A stretch of DNA of 52,247 nt, from assembly GCA_964364855.1 (NCBI GenBank), contig CAYINU010000001.1, forward strand, positions 23,110 through 75,356, written 5' to 3'. Both the position numbers and the translations under genes were made by a program. This DNA comes from an uncultured Candidatus Marinamargulisbacteria bacterium (GTDB lineage: Bacteria > Margulisbacteria > Marinamargulisbacteria > CAYINU01). This document shows positions 32,457 through 40,211 of the stretch, one piece after another. Every line of letters starts with the position of its first letter. Position 1 is the first letter of the stretch. Under the pieces are notes generated by a model. It was not told where the DNA came from, did no database searches, and was given only the letters and a program-made list of their open reading frames with translations.

Positions 32457-33506
32457 GTGATCGGGATAGTCCTTATTTTGCTTTGTTTATTGGTCAATGG
32501 GCTATTGGCCTCTTATGAAGCAGCATTTCTTTCTGTTCCTAAACAGGTGTTGCGCGCACAGGCCAATAAAGGTGGAAAAAACGCCCAAAAGCTTCTGGCA
32601 TACCGTGAAAATCCTGAACGTGTGCTTTCCGTTGTTCAGATCGGAATTACCCTTGTCGGGGCGGTGGCGGGCGCTATTGGTGGTGTAGGGGCAAGCGAGG
32701 TCTTGGAGCCGTTTATCGGAAAGCTATTGGGCACTGGCGAGGCATTATCCGAAGCGATAGCGGTGGGTTTTGTGGTCATCGTGATTACATATATTAGCGT
32801 TGTTTTCGGAGAACTGGTTCCCAAGACTCTGGCCATTCGGAACCCATCAAAAATTGTGCTGTCCGGTGCGCCTTGGCTTTTCTTTGCGGAAAAAGTTCTG
32901 GGTCCCTTGGTGGTTATTTTTGAGTATTCAACAAAAAAGATTTTGAATCTCATGTTCCGAAAGTCGACTGCCGATCAGGACATTTCTACAGATGCGATTG
33001 AAATCGAAACCTTGTCTCCTACCCACCGAAAATTCATGCTGAATCTGGCTGAAATTGAAAAAAGGCAGGCTAGGGATATTCTGATTCCATGGAACAAAGT
33101 CGTCCATATTAACCTTGAGGACCCGTTGGCGGTCATCACCCAACAGGTTCTGAGCTCCGGGCATACGCGTTTGCCCGTCGTCAAAAATGACAAAGCCATC
33201 GGCTTACTTCACAGTAAGGAGTTTATGGTTTTACGCGAAAGCGGTGAGCAACACTGGCAAGCTATCGTCCGCAAGGTATTGTTGATTCGAGAAAACGACT
33301 CGGCACTAAAAATTTTGCAACTGATGCAAATGCAAGCCAGTAATTTGGCCGTCGTGGTCAATATCCATGATCTGCCAACCGGGATTGTGACATTGGCTGA
33401 TATCATGGAAGAAATCGTCGGTGAAATGTATGACGAAGACGATGACGGGGCGATCACCAAAATGATGACTGCCAAAGCCAATATGCGCCGAATCTTGGGG
33501 CGTTGA
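32457..33506 (+). CDS. CNNM/hemolysin-family membrane protein (DUF21 plus tandem CBS domains), apparently without the CorC_HlyC C-terminal domain
   Basis: N-terminal DUF21-like TM region (LLASYEAAFLSV, GELVPKTLAIRNP) followed by a CBS pair (ARDILIPWNKVVHI...SGHTRLPVV...). It ends about 80 aa earlier than typical TlyC/CorC homologs. Confidence 0.75.
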   Translation: MIGIVLILLCLLVNGLLASYEAAFLSVPKQVLRAQANKGGKNAQKLLAYRENPERVLSVVQIGITLVGAVAGAIGGVGASEVLEPFIGKLLGTGEALSEAIAVGFVVIVITYISVVFGELVPKTLAIRNPSKIVLSGAPWLFFAEKVLGPLVVIFEYSTKKILNLMFRKSTADQDISTDAIEIETLSPTHRKFMLNLAEIEKRQARDILIPWNKVVHINLEDPLAVITQQVLSSGHTRLPVVKNDKAIGLLHSKEFMVLRESGEQHWQAIVRKVLLIRENDSALKILQLMQMQASNLAVVVNIHDLPTGIVTLADIMEEIVGEMYDEDDDGAITKMMTAKANMRRILGR

Positions 33507-33604
33507 GGCCAAAACGGATGCGTCCTGTCGCCTGCGAAATTGACTTTGGCCAGCTTCTTAATGCCACCTGACCATGATCCATATTTATCGGATACTTATG
33601 GAGT

Positions 33605-34086
33605 ATGTTCCGTCGATTTATTAGACCTGCTTTATCTAGGAGTTTTTTTATTTTCGGCCCACGGGGAAGCGGCAAGATCTTGGTGTTAAGCGTGCGTTGG
33701 ACAGAACATTAAGCTCTGAATTGTCTCCGAATACCTACGGTTATGAAAAGGCGTTCGAGCATTTTTTTATATTAGAGCTCTATCGCTTAAATGTGTACTT
33801 CAAGCTAGACCTCAGATTGTATTATCTGCGGACCAAAGACCATTTGGATTATTACCATCCCCAGCGGCACGTTATTGTAACGAATCATGTGATGGTATTT
33901 GCTGACCGTGACGTTGATTTTACCCAATTGGATCTGGATGCTAGCAAGGTCATATACAGCGGCGGCTCTTTAAAGGATCCAGATGAAGTAGCCCGGAATC
34001 GTTTTGATGATCAACGATTAAGCGGTTTTAAAAATGTGGTCGTCTGTCTCTCGTCAAGGGATACGATGCCGCAAAAACAGCCCTGA
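33605..34086 (+). pseudogene. Decayed AAA/DUF4143 ATPase paralog (frameshifted, internally deleted, 3' end replaced by repeat)
   Basis: The ORF from ATG 33605 gives MFRRFIRPALSRSFFIFGPRGSGKILV (Walker A) and stops at 33710. A different frame from 33697 gives ...YEKAFEHFFILELYRL...LRLYYLRTKD, which resembles the DUF4143 C-terminal motif. The whole ATPase core between them is missing. The reading frame ends inside repeat module X at 34084-34086. Confidence 0.55.
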
Positions 34087-34322
34087 GCTGAGCGAAGACG
34101 AATTTACTTCGACCGAACGGGGCGAGTGCTCGCGAGCTACTGCGAGCCCCTTACTAATTAGTGGACACATTTCTGAGCGAAGCGAAGCAAGGCCCAAAGG
34201 GCCGGAGAGGTAATTAGATTGTGTGGACTGGAAACAGCCCTGAGCTGAGCGAAGACGAATTTATTTCGGCTGAGCGGGGCGAGTGCTCGTGAGCTACTGC
34301 GAGCATGCCGAGCCAATACAAA
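34075..34322. repeat. Modular hairpin-rich repeat block directly 3' of tRNA-Met (modules X-Y-Z-X)
   Basis: The 73-bp module X is at 34075-34147 and 34232-34304. The 38-bp module Y (CTGAGCGAAGCGAAGCAAGGCCCAAAGGGCCGGAGAGG) is at 34173-34210. Linker Z (TAATTAGATTGTGTGGACTGG) is at 34211-34231. The stretch 34173-34316 is nearly identical to 47610-47747. Confidence 0.85.
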
Positions 34323-34399
34323 TGGTAGCGGCGACTGGGGTCGAACCAGTGACACCACGGGTATGAACCGTGTGCTCTAACCACCTGAGCTACGCCGCC
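34323..34399 (-). tRNA. tRNA-Met (anticodon CAT), elongator-like, CCA encoded
   Basis: Minus strand reads GGCGGCGTAGCTCAGGTGGTTAGAGCACACGGTTCATACCCGTGGTGTCACTGGTTCGACCCCAGTCGCCGCTACCA. It folds as a cloverleaf with a 7-bp acceptor, GTAGCTCAG D arm, anticodon loop TTCATAC and GGTTCGA T loop. It lacks the initiator features (no C1 mismatch, no GGG/CCC anticodon stem). A lysidine-modified tRNA-Ile cannot be excluded. Confidence 0.9.
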
Positions 34400-35163
34400 A
34401 ATAAGTCGAGTTGACTATACAATCGGTCTGGGCGGTTGGTAAATAGCGCGTCTGCTCCCCAACGCAACAAGTTACCCATCTCTTCAGGCGTGTCCACCGT
34501 ATAAAACGCCACTTGAAATCCGTTGGCATGCATCGTTGCGATCACCTCGGGAGTGGCCATCTGAGCCGAGAGGTGAATCCGCTCTGCTTTCAGCTGATGG
34601 GCCATGTGTATCGCACCGGGCATGTCCTGCTCGGATAAGACGGCCAATGCGATAGACAAACCGGCTTGGTGTAAGGTTGTGGCGGCCCGCATTAATTCAT
34701 CCCAATAAAACGAGGACAAAAGAAAATGGTGGGGACATAACGCCGTGCGGGAGATCCACTCTTGCAATAGGGTGACCACCGGTTGTGCCGTGCCGCGGCT
34801 TTTGAGTTCGATATTAAGACAAAAGTCGGTGTCGTCGGGATAAAGTGTGAGCCACCGGGCGACAAGGTCCAGCACGTCTGTAAACAGGGGAATAGGCGTA
34901 TCCTCTGCCAGCGTAATGCGAGAGAAGGTCGATGGCGTTAACGCCGTGACAAGGCCTTTGACGGCCGGCCCTGCCAATCTGTCCAGGGTATCATCATGAA
35001 ACACAATACAGGTGTGGTTATCGTGGAGCACTTGAACATCACACTCCACGTTATAGCCGTGGGTCAGACAGGACATGAGACCCGGTAAGGTATTTTCTAT
35101 AACGCCGGGTGGACCGGGTAACATGCGGTGCGCCCAAATCCGTGTCGAAAACCGACCGCTCAT
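34390..35163 (-). CDS. Glycerophosphodiester phosphodiesterase family protein
   Basis: HRM...ENTL and ECDVQVLHDNHTCIVFHDDTLDR motifs of the GDPD family. The last 10 nt, including the stop codon, overlap the 5' end of tRNA-Met. Confidence 0.75.
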   Translation of the reverse strand: MSGRFSTRIWAHRMLPGPPGVIENTLPGLMSCLTHGYNVECDVQVLHDNHTCIVFHDDTLDRLAGPAVKGLVTALTPSTFSRITLAEDTPIPLFTDVLDLVARWLTLYPDDTDFCLNIELKSRGTAQPVVTLLQEWISRTALCPHHFLLSSFYWDELMRAATTLHQAGLSIALAVLSEQDMPGAIHMAHQLKAERIHLSAQMATPEVIATMHANGFQVAFYTVDTPEEMGNLLRWGADALFTNRPDRLYSQLDLLAA

Positions 35164-35339
35164 GCGGGGTATTTAAAAAATAAAAAAGCCATGGGGTTAA
35201 ACTCGAAAAAGCAAATTTGGACCGGCGCTTATTATCCCGCTCAAGGTCTTCAGGTTCAAGAGTAAAGAAGACAGCACCCTTTATCGTCTGTTATCGGGGA
35301 GGGGTTGCAGGGGTGGGAGAGCGATAGCATAATTGGGAC

Positions 35340-35678
35340 ATGCAAGCCAGAAGTGACTTTCATGCGGATCAGAGTGACATCCAAGAGATGGTATTCCGAA
35401 TTGTGGCCGCAACCCATCCCGAAAAAGTCATCTTATTTGGCTCTTATGCGAGAGGAACCGAAGGACCGGATTCGGATGTTGATCTATTGGTTATTGCGTC
35501 ACATGACACACAATCCCGTCGTGCCGAGCTGAGAAAGATTTGGCATGCGTTGAGCGGAATCATGGTTCCAAAAGATGTATTGGTATATAACCGCGAGGAT
35601 GTAAAAAAGTGGCAAGATACCCCCAATCATGTGATTTCTATTGCCTTGAAGGAAGGCAAAATTTTATATGAACAATAG
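35340..35678 (+). CDS. Minimal nucleotidyltransferase (MNT) domain protein, antitoxin-like partner of the HEPN protein
   Basis: LFGSYARGTEGPDSDVDLLV is the GSxxRG...DxD nucleotidyltransferase motif. 112 aa, overlapping the downstream HEPN gene by 11 nt. Confidence 0.8.
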   Translation: MQARSDFHADQSDIQEMVFRIVAATHPEKVILFGSYARGTEGPDSDVDLLVIASHDTQSRRAELRKIWHALSGIMVPKDVLVYNREDVKKWQDTPNHVISIALKEGKILYEQ

Positions 35679-36051
35679 CCTTGAACAAGGTCGCATGTTT
35701 TTGGACATGGCGCACAAGGATTTTAAGGCACTTCATGTCATGATGGATCCGAATACAGTGGATGATGAGATATTCGGATTTCACGTTCAACAAGCAGTTG
35801 AAAAAGCGATTAAGGCTTGGCTGATCAAACTGGGTATCATATTCCCGAAAACGCATGACCTAGTCCTTCTGGTAGATTTACTGACCACTCAAGGAATTGA
35901 GTTTTCCCAATGGCAATCATTGACCGAATTTGTTGATTTTAGTGTCCAGTATCGATATGACACACTGGACATTATTGAGCCTATTGACCGAGCAACTTCT
36001 GTTTTACTCGTTGAATCGCTACTGAAGCGAGTCGCCGAGGCCTTCAAATAA
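35668..36051 (+). CDS. HEPN domain protein, toxin-like partner of the MNT protein
   Basis: 127 aa and all-helical, with HVQQAVEKAIKAWL...HDL typical of small HEPN proteins paired with MNT genes. Confidence 0.75.
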   Translation: MNNSLEQGRMFLDMAHKDFKALHVMMDPNTVDDEIFGFHVQQAVEKAIKAWLIKLGIIFPKTHDLVLLVDLLTTQGIEFSQWQSLTEFVDFSVQYRYDTLDIIEPIDRATSVLLVESLLKRVAEAFK

Positions 36052-36135
36052 CTTATAAATCAAGGGCTACGCCTTGCGGAGCGAAAAGACGACGCGCGTA
36101 TTCCTTTTGATTGCAGCCCAGCATCGACGTGAAGT

Positions 36136-36882
36136 CTATCGGGATTGAACGCGATTCGCAGTTAGCTTGTCCAGCTCCATCCGCTCGATTTTGGTGAGGG
36201 GGCGAATGTCCCCGGCCTTCATACCCGACAGGGTCACCGGCCCGATACCAATACGTTTAAGCTTGATTACCGTCAGCCCCAGCGCCTCAAACGCCCGCCG
36301 CACGATGCGGTTTCGGCCTTCGGAAATGACGACTTCAACTTGCTTGTCCGACAGGGGGGCAATATGAACAAACGACACGGGTGTGTCATCGGACAGTGGA
36401 ATGGGATGGGTCAGTGCCCGTAGTGTCCGGTGCGAGAGGCGTTTGTTGACTTCCACGACGTAGGCTTTCGGAATTTCAAAACGGGGGTGGGTCATGCGCT
36501 GGGCCCATGGGCCGTCGTTGGTCAGCAAATAAAGGCCCGTCGTGTGCCGGTCCAAGCGGCCCACGGGGAAAACAGGTTCCGGGATGCGGGATACAAATGA
36601 TGACAGGTCTAACCGTCCGCTGGGATCATGAAGGGTCGAAATCACGTTTTTAGGCTTATAGAATTTGTAGTAAACGAAATCATAGGCATTCCGCACTGGC
36701 TTTTTGTCAATTTTGACCGTGTCTTTTTGAGGATCGATTTCTGCGGTGAGCGCGGTGGCCACGTTGCTATTCACCGTGATGCGTTCTTCCACCAACAGGC
36801 GCAAGATCTCTCGCCGAGAAAAAGTCGTTTGTGCGGCAATAAAACGCTCAAGCGGTAATTTTTTTCTAATCATAATGAACAT
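36136..36882 (-). CDS. rluB: Pseudouridine synthase, RsuA/RluB family (S4 domain plus catalytic domain)
   Basis: N-terminal S4-like LERFIAAQTTFSRREILRLL and catalytic GRLDRHTTGLYLLTNDG. The start may instead be the ATG at 36873 (MIRKK). Confidence 0.8.
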   Translation of the reverse strand: MFIMIRKKLPLERFIAAQTTFSRREILRLLVEERITVNSNVATALTAEIDPQKDTVKIDKKPVRNAYDFVYYKFYKPKNVISTLHDPSGRLDLSSFVSRIPEPVFPVGRLDRHTTGLYLLTNDGPWAQRMTHPRFEIPKAYVVEVNKRLSHRTLRALTHPIPLSDDTPVSFVHIAPLSDKQVEVVISEGRNRIVRRAFEALGLTVIKLKRIGIGPVTLSGMKAGDIRPLTKIERMELDKLTANRVQSR

Positions 36883-37411
36883 CCACTCTGGGGTTACCCA
36901 TCAGTCGCAATTTTTGCGGAGGAATACGTGCCGAAAAAGCGCCCCCATGGATACGCATGACTGGCGAGGTAATTTGGACATTTCCTGACCCCTCAATGGT
37001 CTGAGCCTGTGTTTGCCAGACCAGATCGTCTGTACGGATATGAACGCGCACATCCGGAAGCTGGAGCTCCGAGTCTGAGTCATAAAAATGGAGGATTCCA
37101 TCCTGGGTTTGTAGATCAGCAGTCGGCGCTGAAATATCAAACACAGATGCGGTTCCCTTGAAGTAGTGGCCGTTGATTTTAGACATGGTAAGGCGTGTAT
37201 TATCACGGCTAACCTGAGCCGTTTTGGCAGTGAGTTGAAAGGTCTGGGTCGTGCGGTCAAACTGGGTGACACGGACGTCCTCGAACACAAATCCCGGGGT
37301 TTCTTTGGTCATAAATGGAGCCAAATGCGGTGATACAAAAGAGAATACGATGATAAAAACCAAGGCCAGAGCCACACCCAATTGTGACCACAACCGACGA
37401 TTGAGCACCAT
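36866..37411 (-). CDS. LptC-like periplasmic protein with an N-terminal membrane anchor
   Basis: One TM helix followed by a beta-rich region of about 150 aa with an OstA/LptC-like pattern (FEDVRVTQFDRTTQTFQLTAKTAQV...). This is a weak family-level call. Confidence 0.5.
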   Translation of the reverse strand: MVLNRRLWSQLGVALALVFIIVFSFVSPHLAPFMTKETPGFVFEDVRVTQFDRTTQTFQLTAKTAQVSRDNTRLTMSKINGHYFKGTASVFDISAPTADLQTQDGILHFYDSDSELQLPDVRVHIRTDDLVWQTQAQTIEGSGNVQITSPVMRIHGGAFSARIPPQKLRLMGNPRVDVHYD

Positions 37412-38019
37412 TAAAACAGAGTCAGGCGCAGGGCTTCTACTTTTTCAGCAAAGGCACCTGCTCCGTCTCCCTTTCGGGCCAAGGCTTCGCTGAGCAGATA
37501 ATGAATGGCCGCCGCCCGGGGCTCGATGGCCAAGGCTTTTCGGCATAGGGAGATGGACTCCTCCACCGCGCCTTGTTCGCCTTTAATCAGCGCCAGATAC
37601 CCCATCGCCCAAATGTGTTTGGGGTCATTGAGTAAGATTTTTTCAAACTCAGTTTGGGACTTGTCCTTTTGGTCGGTGAAATAGTAAGCGAATGCCAATT
37701 TGAAATGGAGGCGCCAGTTGAGGGGTTCCTTTTGGACCCATTCTTCATAGTGTTGCACGGCCCGAGTCGGAAATGCGGGGTCGAGGTCGGGAATTTTTCT
37801 CAGTTCGTCCCAGCCGGACAACACGCGGCCTGTATAAGCGTGGGTCATGGCCAAGTCAAATCGTGCTTGGGCAGATTTGGGATTGGCTTTGACGGCGGCT
37901 TTGTGGATCCGGAGTTCTTGCTTCATTTCGGCAGACAATGGCACATCAGCTCGCACCGGTACGACAGTGAGAATGGCCAGTAAAACGCCCGACAGTAGGA
38001 AGGCAAGCCGTGAGATCAT
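37411..38019 (-). CDS. Secreted tetratricopeptide-repeat protein
   Basis: Signal peptide MISRLAFLLSGVLLAILTVVPVRA plus several TPR-like helical pairs (AxxxxxAxxYxxxGxxxxA patterns). Confidence 0.7.
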   Translation of the reverse strand: MISRLAFLLSGVLLAILTVVPVRADVPLSAEMKQELRIHKAAVKANPKSAQARFDLAMTHAYTGRVLSGWDELRKIPDLDPAFPTRAVQHYEEWVQKEPLNWRLHFKLAFAYYFTDQKDKSQTEFEKILLNDPKHIWAMGYLALIKGEQGAVEESISLCRKALAIEPRAAAIHYLLSEALARKGDGAGAFAEKVEALRLTLF

Positions 38020-38020
38020 C

Positions 38021-38893
38021 TCACTTATTTTGACTGATCAAATAGGGGCTGTAAATCGAATCTTTCAAAATGCAGGCCATCACGGTCTTATACGCTTTCG
38101 CCCATTCGTGGTGGGATGTTAAAAAAAGTCCCGCCAGGCGATGCCAGATCCACATCGGCACAATGTAAACCAAAAGCAAGGTTTTATATATCGTATAGAC
38201 GAGAGGGCCATAAAACTTCCGGCAAAAATACAATCCTCCTCGCAAGCCTTCTACCATCGACTGCGGTCGGCGTCCCGCGGTAGACAGTCCGCCAAAATGG
38301 ACCACTTGGGCAGCTGGGTAATAGATGATCTGGTAACCGGCTTGTATGACAGTGCGGCACAAGTCGAGATCCTCGTTATAAAAAAAGTAGTGCTCATCAA
38401 AGCCGCCGACGGACTCAAAAAGTGCTTTTTTCATCAGCATCGCTGCCCCACTGACAAAGGAAACCGATCGAGGCGTTTCGGTGTGGTAACGCCATCGGGA
38501 CAACAGTCCTCCGCTACCCTGCACTGTGCCGTCACCGTTTCTCAATTGGGGTCCCACGATGCCCGTTTTGGGGTGGGCCTTCAGGTAGGTGATCAACCTA
38601 TCGATGGCATCTGCGCGGACCACGGTATCGTTGTTGAGGAAAAACAGCAGGCTTCCACGGGCTAGCCGCACACCTTGGTTGTTGGCTGCTGAAAATCCGA
38701 TATTGTCCGAATTTTCCACCAACGTAACAGGGTAGGTGCTGGCCTTGATCACGGCTACCGAATCGTCCGTGGAGTGGTTATCAACGACAATCACTTCGTA
38801 CTGACTTTCGGTTTGGCTGGCAAAAACCGAGTCCAGACACGCTTGCAAGAAACGGCCCCCGTTATAGTTCACGATGACAATACTCAGATCCAT
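38021..38893 (-). CDS. Family 2 glycosyltransferase
   Basis: LSIVIVNYNGGRFLQACLDSV...EVIVVDNHSTDDS and a DxD-like NNDT motif. Confidence 0.85.
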   Translation of the reverse strand: MDLSIVIVNYNGGRFLQACLDSVFASQTESQYEVIVVDNHSTDDSVAVIKASTYPVTLVENSDNIGFSAANNQGVRLARGSLLFFLNNDTVVRADAIDRLITYLKAHPKTGIVGPQLRNGDGTVQGSGGLLSRWRYHTETPRSVSFVSGAAMLMKKALFESVGGFDEHYFFYNEDLDLCRTVIQAGYQIIYYPAAQVVHFGGLSTAGRRPQSMVEGLRGGLYFCRKFYGPLVYTIYKTLLLVYIVPMWIWHRLAGLFLTSHHEWAKAYKTVMACILKDSIYSPYLISQNK

Positions 38894-38895
38894 TT

Positions 38896-39423
38896 TTAAA
38901 AAAATGTAGCGGGATCAATCACCCGATGGGTTTCAAGCAAAGGGTGAACCAATAACCCTTGGCTATGGGAGCGGGTTTCGAGCACTTGTGGCAGCAGGGC
39001 TGACCGGATAAAGTCAGGCGAGGCATCGGGTTCAAACTGCAGGCCCCAAATCGTGGACTTTTCGATATGGTCAACGGATACCGGACGTAGCTTGGCTGCG
39101 ATGTGTTCTTTTTCGGGGACTTCTTTGAAGGTGCGGTTAAACACCTGGACCCACACGGAATGGAGGTCCGCCACGTCCGTGGGCCACGTGTTGACACTGG
39201 CGGTTTCTTTGTTGGGATTAATGAGGTAGTACGTCTCGTCTAAGAGCTGGTGGATTTTACCGGTGAGGGCGGCTTTGTCGAATGTTCCGCCAAACCGCCA
39301 GCAGGATAGACGTGATAGCCGCCGAAGTGCTTTTACACCCAATAACTGGTGAATGGCTTCCAAGGCGGACAGGGCGTGCAAATCGGTTTGTTTGAGTGCG
39401 GAGACAACGGTGACGCTCATCAT
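38896..39423 (-). CDS. purS: PurS-like protein, apparently two PurS-type repeats fused (175 aa)
   Basis: It sits immediately downstream of purQ and overlaps it by 4 nt. There are two segments ending in PurS-like LINPNKE and LVHPLLETHRVI (compare LANPVIEDY). It is about twice the normal PurS length. Pattern-level call only. Confidence 0.45.
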   Translation of the reverse strand: MMSVTVVSALKQTDLHALSALEAIHQLLGVKALRRLSRLSCWRFGGTFDKAALTGKIHQLLDETYYLINPNKETASVNTWPTDVADLHSVWVQVFNRTFKEVPEKEHIAAKLRPVSVDHIEKSTIWGLQFEPDASPDFIRSALLPQVLETRSHSQGLLVHPLLETHRVIDPATFF

Positions 39424-40211
39424 GCGTAGGTGACTTGCTTAAGAGATTCAAAAATGGCTGTCCACGGCCCGGGCATATCGGCGGTGCCAAGGGTGTCTCG
39501 ATCCGGACGGTGCACCCAGCTGGGCAGCTGGCGGGAAAAGGCTGCGCGTTCGGGGTGGGGCATAATCGCTAGCGCGTTTCCAGCCCGATTGGCAATGCCG
39601 GCAATATTAAGGGTGGCACCATTGGGATTGGTCGGGAAGTGCGAATCGGTTTTACCGTTTACAGTGACGTAGCGCCATTGGGCGAGGGTATCAATATCCC
39701 CCGAAATGGATTCGGCAAACACAAAACGGCCTTCGCCGTGATTCACAGGAATGGGGAGTTTTTGAGCAGAGTCAGACCATTGTGTGAATCGGCTGCGGTC
39801 CGCATGAAACGCCCGGACAAATACCCAGTCGCAAATGAATCCGAACGGCCGATGAGAAACGGTATTGGCGGCCAGTGCCATTTCGATCTGATACGCGCCG
39901 CCGACGTTGGGCACAATACCGGACTCGGCCAAAATCTGGCATCCGTTACAGATGCCCAAGATGGGTTTTTGAGCTTGGTCGGCCTTGATTAGCCAAGCCA
40001 TGATGGGCAACTTGGCGGCAATGGCACCGGCCCGCACACGATCCTGGTACGAAAACCCTCCCGGCAATACGTAGCCGTCGTAGTGATGAAAAGTGCTTTC
40101 CTCGCAATTCCAACGAAGGATATCAGCGTCCATTCCTGCTGCCCGGATGGCGTAGACCGTTTCATACTCACAATTGCTTCCGGGGAATTGGATAACGGCG
40201 ATGCGGGTCAT
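39420..40211 (-). CDS. purQ: Phosphoribosylformylglycinamidine synthase, glutaminase subunit PurQ
   Basis: IAVIQFPGSNCEYE, LPGGFSYQD, GICNGCQIL (nucleophile Cys) and MPHPER motifs. Confidence 0.9.
   Translation of the reverse strand: MTRIAVIQFPGSNCEYETVYAIRAAGMDADILRWNCEESTFHHYDGYVLPGGFSYQDRVRAGAIAAKLPIMAWLIKADQAQKPILGICNGCQILAESGIVPNVGGAYQIEMALAANTVSHRPFGFICDWVFVRAFHADRSRFTQWSDSAQKLPIPVNHGEGRFVFAESISGDIDTLAQWRYVTVNGKTDSHFPTNPNGATLNIAGIANRAGNALAIMPHPERAAFSRQLPSWVHRPDRDTLGTADMPGPWTAIFESLKQVTYA

Noticed and set aside
30449-34322. Prophage or integrative element integrated at tRNA-Met
   Set aside because: There is no integrase, recombinase or phage structural gene. I also found no direct repeat of the tRNA 3' end at the far boundary. 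I kept only the weaker accessory-islet finding.
36079-36112. Possible solo remnant of the 51-bp repeat (CCTTTTGATT) and of the GAGCGAA word between the HEPN gene and rluB
   Set aside because: Only about 10-11 nt match, which is too short to tell from chance without a genome-wide search.
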